Source: Eledone cirrhosa
Taxonomy: Eukaryota
DNA length: 64,000 nucleotides
Direction: 5' to 3'
Assembly (NCBI GenBank): GCA_964016885.1
Contig: OZ024762.1
Span: forward strand, 25,792,001-25,856,000
Position numbers and translations under genes: made by a program. The notes under the pieces are model-generated. The model was not told the origin of the DNA, searched no databases, and worked only from the letters and a program-made list of their open reading frames with translations. Positions within the stretch are counted from its first letter, which is position 1. Every line of letters starts with the position of its first letter. Below, one piece after another: positions 27,906 to 42,144 of the stretch.

Positions 27906-29913
27906 TCAGGCCCATAACTCTGCTAAACACAGAGTTCAAGATTTTGGCCAAGGTGCTAGCAAAGAGGTTGGCGCTTGTCGTTGGTGGTCTGGTGGGAGAG
28001 GCGCAGACATGCGCCATTCCCGACAGATCCATCCACGACAACCTCCACCTCATGCGATACATCGTAGAGAGAGTAATTAGGGAACCTGGCACGGGTGGGT
28101 CCTTGATCAATTTAGATCAGTCGAAAGCTTTCGATAGGGTCGACCATCGTTACCTAGCGGCAGTCCTGAGGGCGGCTGGCTTTGGGCCCGTCTTCAGAGG
28201 CTGGATCGCTGCCATGCACAGCGACATCTGCTCTGTGGTGAGAGTGAACGGTCACCTTTCGGAACCGTTCAACATCATGCGCTCGGTCCGCCAAGGATGT
28301 CCCCTCTCGTCCCTCTTGTACGTATTGACTCTCGAGCCATTACTGCACAAACTGGAGACGTTGAGGGGGGTCCCGCGCGAACTAGGATGCGGAAGATCCG
28401 TGTCAGCATATGCGGACGATGTCACCGTAGTGGTGTCGAACGCCAAACACATCGAGGCGATCGGCACTACACTAAAAGAATACGAAGCGGTGACAGGAGC
28501 AATGATCAACCAGGATCTCCAGACGGACAAAAAACTGGGACGAGGTGACGAGCAGGGTGGCTTCTCTCACCCAGAAATGGGCCGAGAGGACGCTATCCCT
28601 GAAAGGTCGAGCGGAGGTGGCTAACGCGTATATCGCGTCCGTCATCTGCTACCGCCTGACCGTCGTACCTTGTCCTAAGCCCCGCCTGACTGCGCTGGAG
28701 CGTTTGCTATTTCGCTTTTTGTGGAAGGGACGCGCTCCGATGGTCAGGGGGTCTATCTGCTGTCAACACCCGCTACGTGGAGGGCTGGGAATGCTGTGGC
28801 TGATGATGCGCAGACACGCGCTCAGGCTACGACATCTCCACCTCTTCCTCGACGGTGATCAGGTGTGGTCTCCGTTTGCTAGACGCGTCTTTCTCCAGCT
28901 CGTCTCCTTGACGGAGCTGCAGTCCTGGGTCAAGCGAAGACCGAGAGGGAGCGCTTGGAGACTGGAATGTCTTCTGGCGCTCACAGCCCTCGACCAATCG
29001 GGCAATGTGATCGGTGGAAACTCCACTTTGGCGTTCTATAGAGGATTAGTGGAGGGGAAGAGCGACGACGTACTTGGGGAAACTCTAGGCGTCGACGAAA
29101 ATCAACTAGCCAATCTCTTCGGAAGAACTTTCGGGCCGGTGCCTATGGACAACTTCCAGAAATCCCTGGCCTGTCATTGCTACCGAGGAGCTTTGCCAGT
29201 TCGGGATAAACTCTACAGGCATGGAGGTGCCGTCAGCCGGGCATGTCCGAGATGCGCGCAGGGCGACGAAATCGTGCTGCACGCACTCGTCCAGTGTCCG
29301 AGCATTGCTGACTTGTGGGTTTATGTCGAACACCTGCTGTCGCGTGTGGGACGGATCTGGCTATCAGCTAAGTCCATCGTGAGGATTGCCCCGCCCTCTT
29401 CCTTTAGCCGGGAAGGGTAGGCAGTTTTTATCTGTCTGGTGGCCATGGCGAAAGAGATAGTATGGTGGACACGTTTGAAAGGGCTGAAGACGAGCACTTA
29501 CCTCTTCGGTGATGCCCTGATTAACTTTTTCAAATTTCATTTGAAAAGGAAAATCAGGGTAGAAAGGGAAGTGCTCTCTTCCCAGCATTTTGTTGAAAGA
29601 TGGGTGAGAGAGGCAAGAATGGCCCGAGTGAATGGGCCTACTCTGGGTATGTGTCTGTAAATTAAGGGTGGAAAACTGGGAGAGGGCACTTGCCCTGGTG
29701 GTCAGAGTCACTGTGGCTTTTTAATGGGCTTTCTCCACGAATGACCCTCGGAAGTCTCCCCCCTATTGGGGAATGTTTTCATTGTTCTATTATTACATCC
29801 TCTGTTTCTTGTTTTTTTTTACACGCAGAAATGCCCATTTGTACCGCCCTGTATTGTCCTGTACTCTCCTTAATGTCTACTTTATGTAAACCCTTGTGGT
29901 TAATAAAGAAATC
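27906..29913 (+). mobile_element. 5'-truncated Tx1/L1-clade LINE
   Basis: RT with SAYADDV (27944-28624), C-terminal CPRC motif, 3' UTR and (ATT)n tail. Confidence 0.92.
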
Positions 29914-30089
29914 ATTATTATTATTATTAATATTATTATTATTATTACTGCTGTTTTTGTTGCAGATAAAGAAGAAAACGCAATAGTGAGTTGGTGATAA
30001 GTTGGTCAAAATTTTATAAATCTTTCTTATAATTTATTTGCAAATATTTATATTTTATTTAAAGTCTTTCTGTATTTATGATTATTGAG

Positions 30090-31245
30090 TATGTGTGTGT
30101 GTGAGTGAGTGTGTATGTGTGAGTGTGTATGTGTGTGTATGGGAGTTTGTGTATGCGTATATTTGTGTGTGTGTCTGTATGGGTGTGTCTGTGTGAGTCT
30201 GTGAATGTGTATGCGTGTGATAATTTGTGTATGTGTATGTGTCTGTATGCGTGTGTGAATGTATGTGTATATATGTGTGTGTGTGTCTGTATGTGTCTGT
30301 GTGAGAATTTATGTATGTGTATGTGTGTATGTGTGTCTGTGTGAGAATGCGTGTATGTGTATATATATGTGTGTGAATTTGTGTATGTATGTGTGTGTGT
30401 GGGAGGGGTTGAATGTGTATGTGTGTGCGTCTGTGCGAGATTTGTGTATGCGTATATATATGTGTGTGTGTGTCTGTGTGAGAATTTGTCTATGTGTATA
30501 TGTGTGTGTGTTTGTGTGAGAATTTGTGTATTTGTATATATGTGTGTGTCTGTGTGAGAGTTTGTGTATGTGTATATATGTGTGTGTTTCTGTGAGAATT
30601 TGTGTATGTGTATATGTGTGTGTGTTTGTGTGGGAATTTATGTATGTGTATATGTGTGTGTGTGTTTGTGTGTGTGTTTGTGTGAGAATTTGTGTATGTG
30701 TATATGTGTGTGTGTGTTTGTGTGAGAATTTGTGTATGTGTATATATGTGTGTGTGTTTGTGTGAGAATTTGTGTATGTGTATATATGTGTGTGTGTGTT
30801 TGTCTGAGAATTTATGTATGTGTATATGTGTGTGTGTTTGTGTGAGAATTTGTGTATGTGTATATGTGTGTGTGTGTTTGTGTGAGAATTTGTGTATGTG
30901 TATATGTGTGTGTGTTTGTGTGAGAATTTGTGTATGTGTATATGTGTGTGTGTTTGTGTGAGAATTTGTGTATATATGTGTGTGTTTGTGTGAGAATTTG
31001 TGTATGTGTATGTGTGTGTGTTTGTGTGAGTATTTGTGTATGTGTATATGTGTGTGTGTTTGTGTGAGAATTTGTGTATGTGTATATGTGTGTGTGTGTT
31101 TGTGTGAGAATTTGTGTATGTGTATATGTGTGTGTGTTTGTGTGAGAATTTGTGTATGTGTATATGTGTGTGTGTGTTTGTGTGAGAATTTTTGTATGTG
31201 TATATATGTGTGTGTGTTTGTGTGAGAATTTGTGTATGTGTGTGT
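30090..31245. repeat. TG-derived minisatellite, ~40-bp unit TTTGTGTGAGAATTTGTGTATGTGTATAT(GT)n
   Basis: GAGAATTTG punctuation recurs about 20 times. Confidence 0.85.
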
Positions 31246-31596
31246 AAGTCTTGTTTGTATTGTTGTTGAAAGCTTCATATATTTCGGCTTAAAACCAATA
31301 CAAATATGGCGCTTCTCAATTTTGTGTGTTATACGGTGTGTGTATCAGTGTGTATGTGAGTGTTTAGGTATGTGTGTGGGTCAGAGTATCTATATGTATA
31401 TCTGTGTGTGTGAAAATGTGTGTGCGTATGTGTGTCTATGTGGTGTGTGTGTGTGAGGGGTGGGGGGTAATAGTTCTGTAATTTCAAAAGAGAGAAAAAT
31501 ACTTTGAGGAACTGCGATATATGAATTTGAATTTAGAAGAAAAGAAAGATACAAGAACGATACAAGTCGGTAGAGGAGGATAAGGAGGAGAGGGGG

Positions 31597-31711
31597 GAGA
31601 AGAAGAAGAAGAAGAAGAAGAAGAAGAAGAAGAAGAAGAAGAAAAGAAGAAGAAGAAGAAGAAGAAGAAGAAGAAGAAGAAGAAGAAGAAGAAGAAGAAG
31701 AAGAAGAAGAA
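31597..31711. repeat. (GAA)n microsatellite
   Basis: Direct reading. Confidence 0.95.
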
Positions 31712-31932
31712 ATGTACCTAAAATGATAATAATAATAATTATTCCACTTGTTGGCCACAAGAATAACTATAAGAACAACAAAGAATTGAATCAATATATA
31801 CATATATATATAGATAGATTTGTGTGTGTGTGTATATATTTATATGTATATATATATATAGATAGATTTGTGTGTGTGTATATATATATATATGTATATA
31901 TATATAGATAGATAGATAGATTTGTGTGTGTG

Positions 31933-32019
<87 letters not shown>

Positions 32020-32052
32020 TACAATAATCAAAGTTCAGTTTAAATCATTTAT

Positions 32053-32101
32053 TTGCTTACAATTGTTTCCTCCAAACCGAGGTTTGGTTACTTCAGAGCA
32101 A
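32053..32101 (-). ncRNA. Type I hammerhead ribozyme motif (inverted copy)
   Basis: Minus strand TTGCT-CTGAAGT-aaCCAAACctcgGTTTGGag-GAAA-CAATTG-TA^AGCAA. Confidence 0.65.
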
Positions 32102-32648
32102 CTATATCATTTTTGATATTTTGGTGTTTCTCTATATTCGGGATTGTATATCATACAGGTGTATGCGAAAAAATGATTTAACAATACAATCCACATAATA
32201 CTATCGATTGCATGGTTTAACTGCCTGATCCTACAAGTAACAATCTGCCGCACTCTAATCCTGTATAAATAAGGCACGCATGCATGCTACGCATGAGATT
32301 GTTTCATACACTGACTTCTCTAAACTTTCCCCTTGCTTTATCTTCATAAACTGCCAATGTTTCATTTTTATTTTTATTTTTATTTTTATTTTTATTTTTA
32401 TTTTTATTTTTATTTTTATTTTTATTTTTATTATTTTTATTTTTATTTTTATTTTTATTTTTATTTTTATTTTTATTTTTATTTTTATTTTTATTTTTAT
32501 TTTTATTTTTATTTTTATTTTTATATGTAAATTGACATGCTATATCATTATGATGGATGTCATCCCACTGTGGGTCAATATATGCATATGTTTTTATATG
32601 TCTCTTGTGTTGAAAAGGAGATCAAGTATGTTATAGATCACTAAATAG

Positions 32649-32697
32649 TTGCTCCGAAGAATCCAAACCGAGGTTTGGGGGAAACAATTGTAAGCAA
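32649..32697 (+). ncRNA. Type I hammerhead ribozyme motif
   Basis: TTGCT-CCGAAGA-atCCAAACcgagGTTTGGgg-GAAA-CAATTG-TA^AGCAA; stem I TTGCT/AGCAA; palindromic ACAATTGT. Confidence 0.75.
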
Positions 32698-32885
32698 ATA
32701 AATGATTTAAACTGAACTTTGATTATTGTAATCTCTATATAACTGCTCTGTAAAACAACCGATGTTATTACATTGAGCTATTTATCTTACTGGTAATAAG
32801 ATAGTAATGAATGACTATCTTTCACTATTTAGGGTTGTATAAAAAAGATATATAACCATAAAAGGTTTTATTATATACATAACCA

Positions 32886-33069
32886 GGGGCGGTGAATTGG
32901 CTGTATCGGTAGAGAGTCGGACGCCATGCTTTGCAGCATAGTAACGTCCCTTTACGATCTGAGTTCAAATCCCGCCGAGGTTATCTTTGCCTTTCATCCT
33001 TACGGGTCGATAAAATAAAGTACCAGTAATGTACTGGTAATTACTGGCCTTGTGCCAAAAGTAGAAACA
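32886..33069 (+). mobile_element. Full-length SINE with 16-bp TSD
   Basis: ATTATATACATAACCA at 32870-32885 and 33070-33085. Confidence 0.92.
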
Positions 33070-33149
33070 ATTATATACATAACCATAAATAGTATCCTTA
33101 ATACTAATATATATATATATATATAAATATATTCATATATATATATATG

Positions 33150-34030
33150 TGTGTTTAGTTGACTGTATATCTGGTCGATTTCTACATGCTGTCGAAATGT
33201 TCGATAAATACTCCACCGTAGCCTCCGCGAAGGGGCTGCTTTCGGTTATTTGTCGGAGATTTCTTCATAGGAGCCTTTATTCTTATATCTTGGTCTAATT
33301 GATTTTTTATATGGTTAATTATGGTAATTGGGAGAGGAAATGGTATATATTATATCTAGTGATTCTAAAGACATGTTTTCTGATATATAGCTCTGATTAT
33401 TTAATTTATTAATTCTTCATTGAGCCACAACGTGACCCGTTGCAAAACATATATATCTATGACTTTATTTATATGTAAACCTTTATATGTAATAATCTCC
33501 GTTAGGTTGAGATACAATCTGGCTATATTGGGCTGCGCTTTCTAGCAATAAGCCTACCCACCGTAAGCAACTAATCACATCCTTTCTAACTTGACCGCTG
33601 CCACGTCACGATTCTTAGCCATTTTTGAATGTATTTTTGGCGGATCACTTTGGAAAATTAATTGTTTAATTTTGTGCTCACTCCTCATGAATCCGAAGCT
33701 CTGGACATTACCTGTTATCGGATGTCTTAAAATACGGATGAAACCATGGTAGAGGTAATTAAATATGTACGCATTTCTTCTAAGTTTATTTTACACCTAA
33801 TTGTGTTTAGTTGACTGTATATCTGGTCGATTTCTACATGCTGTCGAAATGTTCGATAAATACTCCACCGTAGCCGCCGCGAAGGGGCTGCTTTCGGTTA
33901 TTTGTCTTCATAGGAGCCTTTATTCTTATAGCTTGGTCTAATTGATTTTTTATATGGTTAATTATGCTAATTGGGAGAGGAAATGGTATATATTATATCT
34001 ATTGATTCTAAAGACATGTTTTATGATATA
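33150..34030. mobile_element. ~230-bp direct repeats (33150-33388, 33802-34030) around a ~410-bp spacer, in (TA)n
   Basis: TGTGTTTAGTTGACTGTATATCTGGTCG...AAAGACATGTTTT present twice; decayed HHR-like motif in the spacer. Confidence 0.7.
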
Positions 34031-34085
34031 TATATATTTATATACAAACACACACATATATATATATTTACATATATATATATAT

Positions 34086-35070
34086 AATTGAAAAAGTCAA
34101 GAATAATATGGTCAACAGTACTAAAAAAAGGAATTTATTTACAGTCTGACAATTGTTTCACTGATTAAGTTGTCTAAAATTTGCTGAACACTAGAAGCAG
34201 TGCCACTCAATTTTAAATACGATGTTAGCTTAATCAGATCATCTGAGAAACTAGAATATATATCCGTTAAATTTACAAATTCAAATTACAGCATCATTAA
34301 TAATATTAATAATAAAGATAGAGAGAGATAAAAAAAAGAAAGAGTGATAGATGAAATAAAGAAAGAAAAAGGAAAGAGAAAAAGGAGAAAGGAAAACAGA
34401 GAAAGATATATAGAGAGAAAAAGACATAGAGAAAAAGCATAGAGAAAAGAGGAGAGAAAGGGGAGAGAAAAGGATAAAGGAGAAATAAAGGTAGAGGAAG
34501 AAAAATAGAGGGAAAATAATGATAACAACAATAAATGAATTAATGTTAATGCATGAATAAATGTAAACAAATAAACAAGTTACATCAAGGATGAATCAAA
34601 ATAATATAAAATATGAAAATAAATAAGTAAAAATGTTGAGAGTGGTTAAAATATTGAGAGATACGAAGGTATAAACATGATAATGTTAAATTTATTTATG
34701 TGTGTATTGGTTATTTTAATAAATTAATTATATAATTAATTAATTATTTGATTAATTAGTTTCAGGTTATATTAGAAGTAAAAATGATATGATAAGATAG
34801 AATAAGATAAAATAAGATAAAATCAGTGAAACTATTGTTAGACTGTAAATAAATCTCTTTTTTTTTTGTACTGGCGACCATGTTATTCTTCACTCTTTCA
34901 ATTTTATTACTCCAAGATAAACTTACACAGGAATGCAAGTTAAATCATAAACTCGCCATCTACGTAAACCTCTTGTTCAGTCAAACAACACCGTACGCTG
35001 AAACTATGCATAATAAGAAGTATTCACAACCTCTAACTGGATTACCTATAACGATATTTGGTTACCCTTG
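34086..35070 (+). mobile_element. Fold-back HHR-bearing PLE-like element (family D)
   Basis: 34086-34166 is an inverted copy of 34821-34903; tail to 35070; (TA)n on both sides. Confidence 0.65.
34143..34253 (-). ncRNA. Hammerhead-like motif with long stem II loop
   Basis: Minus strand agtttCT-CAGATGA-T-CTGATTAAG...CTTAATCAG-T-GAAA-CAATTG-TC^AGact. Confidence 0.6.
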
Positions 35071-35098
35071 TATATATATATATATATATATATATGTG

Positions 35099-35180
<82 letters not shown>

Positions 35181-35347
35181 TATAGACACATATATATGTA
35201 TATATATATATATGTGCTTATATATATATATATATATATATATACATAAATATATATATATTTAATACATTTAAATACATATATGTATATATATGTATAT
35301 ATATATATATATATATATGTGTACGTTTTTCCGGGTTGAATCGGAGG

Positions 35348-35504
<157 letters not shown>

Positions 35505-35536
35505 TTAATACATTTAAATATATATATGTATATATG

Positions 35537-35663
<127 letters not shown>

Positions 35664-35885
35664 TCAAATATTACATGTCTACAACTTACAATATTAATCA
35701 TGAGATAAAATGACAGGTAATGATAGGATGATGATGATGATGGTGACGGTGATGACGGTGATGACGGTGATGATGGTGATGGTGATGATGATGATGATGG
35801 TTATGAAAGGCGGCGGTGAGGGCGGCGAGAATGAGGACAATATTAATAAAAGATTGTAAATATTACGTTTGGGGAATGTTTGACA

Positions 35886-36382
<497 letters not shown>

Positions 36383-36477
36383 ATATATATACACACACAT
36401 ATATATATATACATAAAATATATATATATATACATAAACATATATATATATACATACACACACACACACACACACAG

Positions 36478-36550
<73 letters not shown>

Positions 36551-36939
36551 TGCAGATATATATGTACATAATCATACATGTATATATATATCTATACATA
36601 TATACATATATATATACATATATATATATATACACACATACATATATGTACATGTGTGTGTGTGGAAAGAAGGAGCGAGAAATTTAAAGATGTTTTTAAT
36701 TCTGCGATTCTTTGATAATCATTTCTGGTCCAATCTCAAGAGACGGTAGATCGCATGAGAAATTACTCGACAAATCCATTGTTGTTTTCCACTACGACAT
36801 TTATCTACATAGACAAAAAGGTGCTGGTGTTTATCATATATATTATGTGCCCGTATATATATATATATATATCCGTGTGCCTGTGTATATATATATATAT
36901 ATATAGTTAAAAGAATAGAGGTGTAACACACAAGTTATT

Positions 36940-37598
<659 letters not shown>

Positions 37599-37599
37599 T

Positions 37600-37875
37600 A
37601 TTGCTATTTCAGAGCTCCAATTCTAATTTTTTATTTCTTCCTGACCGGCAACCGCTCTGTATAATCAGTTCCTGATTATTTACTAGAATTCTATAAGAAT
37701 ATAACATCAGTGATCTCAGTAGACAGGAGGGAGTAGTTAGCCTTGATAAGCATCAATAAATGCGAAACAAGGCCTTGTCGGCTTATCTCCCCTTGTTTGC
37801 TGAGATTAAAGTAAGTGAGTTTGTCACTACTCTAAAACAATAGCATACGGTCTTCAAAATGCTTTTAATTAAGCA
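37600..37875 (+). mobile_element. HHR-bearing short element (family B)
   Basis: Reverse complement of 18215-18490 (GCTATTTCAGAGC.CCAAT..., ATAATCAGTTCCTGATTATT, GGTCTTCAAAATG). Confidence 0.7.
37739..37783 (+). ncRNA. Type I hammerhead ribozyme, U3-A8 core variant
   Basis: AGCC-TTGATAA-GCATcaataaATGC-GAAA-CAAGGCCTTG-TC^GGCT; all three stems intact. Confidence 0.75.
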
Positions 37876-37956
37876 TAAAGTGTATTGCAAAATACATTAT
37901 ATATACATTCATATATATATATATATATATATATACTTGTTGTCTGTGTATGTATG

Positions 37957-37993
<37 letters not shown>

Positions 37994-38375
37994 AAAAGCT
38001 AAACAGAAATAACAACACAATCGGTAGAGTACATGGAAGGGATATATTAGGTTAACGCTTGATATAGCAGGACGTTTTGGATGCCTCAACAATGCAGATG
38101 GTAAATCTCCTGCTAACAGTATCAGATGGTAATGAGTGAGAGAGAGAGAGAGAGAGAGAGAAAGAGGGAGAGAGAGAGAGGGGAGAGAGATAGAGAGATA
38201 GAGAGAGAGAGTGAGATAAGAGGAAATGTAGAAAGAGACGTAGAGGGTGTAGAGGATCGTAGGAAAATTTGTAAAAATAATAACACGAGATAGAGTTACC
38301 TTGGATGTGATTTAATTGTCCCTATATTTCGGATTTCGAATCCATCAACTGGCCTCGGTTGTTTACCGTGTGCGT

Positions 38376-38457
<82 letters not shown>

Positions 38458-38757
38458 ATGGTGTAGGACAGAACAAAGAAGAGGCACAAAATAAAAACCT
38501 AGTCACTGAGGAGGTTACGGAATGTGTGATAAAAGAGCTCCGACAATATATAAACAGCCATCCGGTTATCGGACCAACCAACCAACTAACCGTGGAAGTC
38601 TATAATAATTTCTAGCATATATACATATGTATGTATATATATATATATACGTATATACATATATGTGTGTGTATATATATATATGTATATATAAATATAT
38701 ATATTTTCCTAAGGATAACTTGAACCATTAAGGTATATTCTCCTTGGTTATGTCAAA

Positions 38758-38790
<33 letters not shown>

Positions 38791-38821
38791 CATACATACA
38801 TACATACATACATACATACAT

Positions 38822-40667
38822 AAGCTTTCGATTCTGTTCCCCACTCTTGGATGATAGAGGCCCTCCAACTTGTTAAATTCCCAGACATTATTGTCAGAGG
38901 CATAGAGAGGCTGTCTTCTTCTTGGGCTACTATCCTAAGGTTAAAGACAGAGAGGGGGGACTCTATTTCACTGATAAAATAAAATATTGCAGCGGTATAT
39001 TTCAGGAGGACAGTCTCTCTGTGATATTATTCATCTTGTCATTAAACCCCTTGTCCTTTCTGCTCAAGAAATGTGAGGAATACATCATTGGCTCACAGGA
39101 GGACAGAAATACGAACCTAACACATAATTTCTTTGTGGACAACATATAATTCTATGCCAAGAACATGGATGGAATGAAAAAAAATCTTGACCTGGTTACA
39201 ACGTTCTCAAAGGATATAGGAATGGAGTTTGGCCAAGATAAATGCTCATACATGACTGTAATGCGGGGAAAAACAACAACACAATTTAGCAACATTGTCA
39301 TCAATGGCCTAACTGTTTCACCGATATCTGCTACAGATACCTGGGGATAGATGAGAACATATCCTATAATGGTATCTGTAATAAAGAACGCGTAACCAGG
39401 GAGGCAGAGCCTTAACATCAGTCCAAACAACATTTGAATGTCGCATCATATCTCTCCGACAACATCTACGGACCTCGAAGCGTAGGAGCCCGTTTCTCGA
39501 GCAAGTCTATCTACATGAAACAGATAAGATCATGAGAGTTGGGAAGGAACTCATTGTGAGATATTCCCTGTGTGATAATCAAAAACTGACACCCAGGGAT
39601 GTCGCTCAGCAGTATCGCAGTGAATCCATGGATGAAAAACTGCATGCCTATCAGCAAAAAATAATGCATGGATATGTTGCCAGGAAGCTCCAGGGTGAGA
39701 GTAATATAGATAAGGAAAGAAGTCTATCTTGGACCAACAACCGCTATATTAGCTCCCACTTGGAAGGATACGCTTTTGCAATCCAAGAACAGGAGATTAA
39801 CACGAAATACCTGATTCACAAAAGAGATAGGGATGCAAGCAAAACACCTAGATGTGATAACAAGTGCAGACTCTGCAGAACTAACATCGAGGATATCCCC
39901 CATGTCATCAGCAGCTGCCCAAAGATGTCATCGCGGTACTATCTACCTATGAGGCATGATGTAGTGGCCAAAACACTGTACAATGCAGTTCGTAAAAAAG
40001 ATAGCCCCGATAATAAACACATTAAAAGCTACAACAATGTGGAAGACATCCATGTACATAATATGAAAGAGTACTGGTGGAATGCTCCAGTAAAAACCCC
40101 AATAAAATGCAGGCATAACAGACCAGATATTATATGGGACAGGGAGAAGAAAGCATGCACAGTAGTGGAAATTAGCTGCCCAGCAGATGCCAATATAATA
40201 TCAAAGATTAGTGAAAAGGAGAATATTTATGCAGAACTGATGAGAAATCTGCAGATTCTCTACCCTGATTACACCTTCAAATTTATGCCTATGATTATTG
40301 GGGCACTGGGATATGTTAGTAACTGCCTCAATACAAATCTTGAGAAGCTAGGCTTCACAGGAACAGAAAGAACACATCTAGTTAGGAAATTACAAGTACA
40401 ATCCATTAATGGAACAGTAAAAATATGTAAAACATTCCAAACATTTTGCATATACACATGTACAGATGCAAAGCATATACACATGCACACATACAACTCA
40501 AAACATACACACCCACACATACAATAACATCCATATCTACACATGCATGCATACATAATCTACCTAGTTGATGTTGTGTAAATTCCAATGAGAGAGTCTT
40601 GTGTCTATGTTAGAAACCGACTCTCTCTCTATCGGTAAAACTTTGTGAAATTATAAAACCAGAAGAA
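38822..40667 (+). mobile_element. 5'-truncated R4/Dong-clade RLE retrotransposon in (TACA)n
   Basis: RT pieces (GIFQEDSLS, HNFFVDN); ORF 39532-40527 with CRLC..E...HVISSC and RPDII.WD..VEISCP restriction-like endonuclease; (TACA)n on both sides. Confidence 0.9.
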
Positions 40668-40709
40668 CATACATACATACATACATACATACATACATAC
40701 ATACATACA

Positions 40710-40744
<35 letters not shown>

Positions 40745-40745
<1 letters not shown>

Positions 40746-41043
40746 TTTCGTTTTCGAATTTGTTTTAAAAAATTTCTTATCTGAAAACGTGTGTTGAAAC
40801 AGATATTGTTATACTTTGGGAGGGTCATGCCGCCAAGAAAAACACCATCACCTGCGGGTTTTCACTTCAATTTATTATAAATTCCCAGTTGGTTGGTTCC
40901 ATAACCGGATGGTTGCTTATATATTGTCAAAGCTCTTTCGTCACCCCTTCTGTGACCGCCTCAGTGACTGGGCTTTTATATTGTGTCTCTCCTTTGTAGT
41001 TTCCTACACCAACTTGTATTCATGGCACTCCCAAAGTATAACA

Positions 41044-41048
<5 letters not shown>
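40745..41048 (-). mobile_element. ~300-bp mini-PLE with HHR and short inverted arm
   Basis: Terminal motif CGTGTGT.GAAACA.ATATTGTTATACTT.GG..GGGTCAT shared with the PLE end at 41128-41168; 41027-41048 inverts 40803-40822. Confidence 0.65.
40926..40968 (-). ncRNA. Type I hammerhead ribozyme motif
   Basis: Minus strand GTCA-CTGAGGC-G-GTCACagaagggGTGAC-GAAA-GAGC-TT^TGAC. Confidence 0.65.
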
Positions 41049-41102
<54 letters not shown>

Positions 41103-41444
41103 TTTTGCGAGGTTTTTGATATGAAATCGTGTGTCGAAACAAATATTGTTATACTTGGGGTGGGTCATATTTGTGTAATAATATTGCCAGAATTAATAAC
41201 AGAACACACTCACTGTTTGGTTGGTTTTAGCTTCTGTGTCTTTTATATCGGTTAATTTAATTTATTCGGTCCTCAATGTTACCATTGACTGACCAACGGT
41301 CAAAAATACAGATACAATATAGACACAAACACATATATAGTCTAACAAAGTTCTTTCGTTGCACATCATCTGCAACATCGTCAGTGGTGCTATTATGTTT
41401 CCTCCTGTTGTATTGTATGCCTACACCATCTTTATTTAGTCTGT

Positions 41445-41479
<35 letters not shown>

Positions 41480-42144
41480 TGTTTGCCTTCTTCTCTGCGC
41501 ATGCGTTTGGGTGTGTGTATTCTGTTTGGGTGACTGTGTATTGATTATTGTATTCTATCTTAGTTTATTAGTGTGTGTTTATATGTGTTTGTTGTTATTG
41601 TGCTTGTGTATGTATTTATTTATTTTTTAAAATTTATTTATAGTTCTATTAGGTCAGTATTGTTTGTTTGGGTGTTATTGTTATTCCATTCATTTTTTCT
41701 GTTTAGCCTTGGCCTTCGAAGTTCTATTTCGCTGGCCTCTCTGATTTGCCTATCTGCTGGGTCAATTCTACGTTTAGATATTATTTTAATTTCTATGTTG
41801 TCTATGTTACCGTCGTGTTGTTGTCTGGCATGTTCGTATAGTACTGAACCGTGTTTTCGTCCTTTTAGTTCCCCCCAGTGTTGGTTTATCGTTTAACCTA
41901 TGCTACGAGCTGTCTCGCCTATGTATGTTGTTGTCATGTTTCTGCAAGTACCCTCTTACAACTTATGCTATAGACTACGTTTCTCGTCTTACAGTTTATC
42001 CGGGGGTTTACTTTACATATAATACATTTCCTATTAGTAGAGTGTGTTTTTTTAAAAGGGTAGGTTTTGCTGATCAGGTATTTTATGGTGGTTCCTGGCT
42101 TTTTTACCATCTTAATCTTTAAGTGGGTCTTTCTCAGGGCCTTT

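Larger units (their letters stand above)
32014..33110 (+). mobile_element. Fold-back HHR-bearing PLE-like element (family C), interrupted by a SINE
   Basis: Inverted arms 32014-32105 / 32645-32736, then tail homologous to 51890-52040. Confidence 0.75.

Noticed and set aside
38318-38354. Degenerate HHR-like motifs here and at ~8851-8920 (minus strand)
   Set aside because: Multiple core mismatches and poor stem I; cannot be told from chance by eye.
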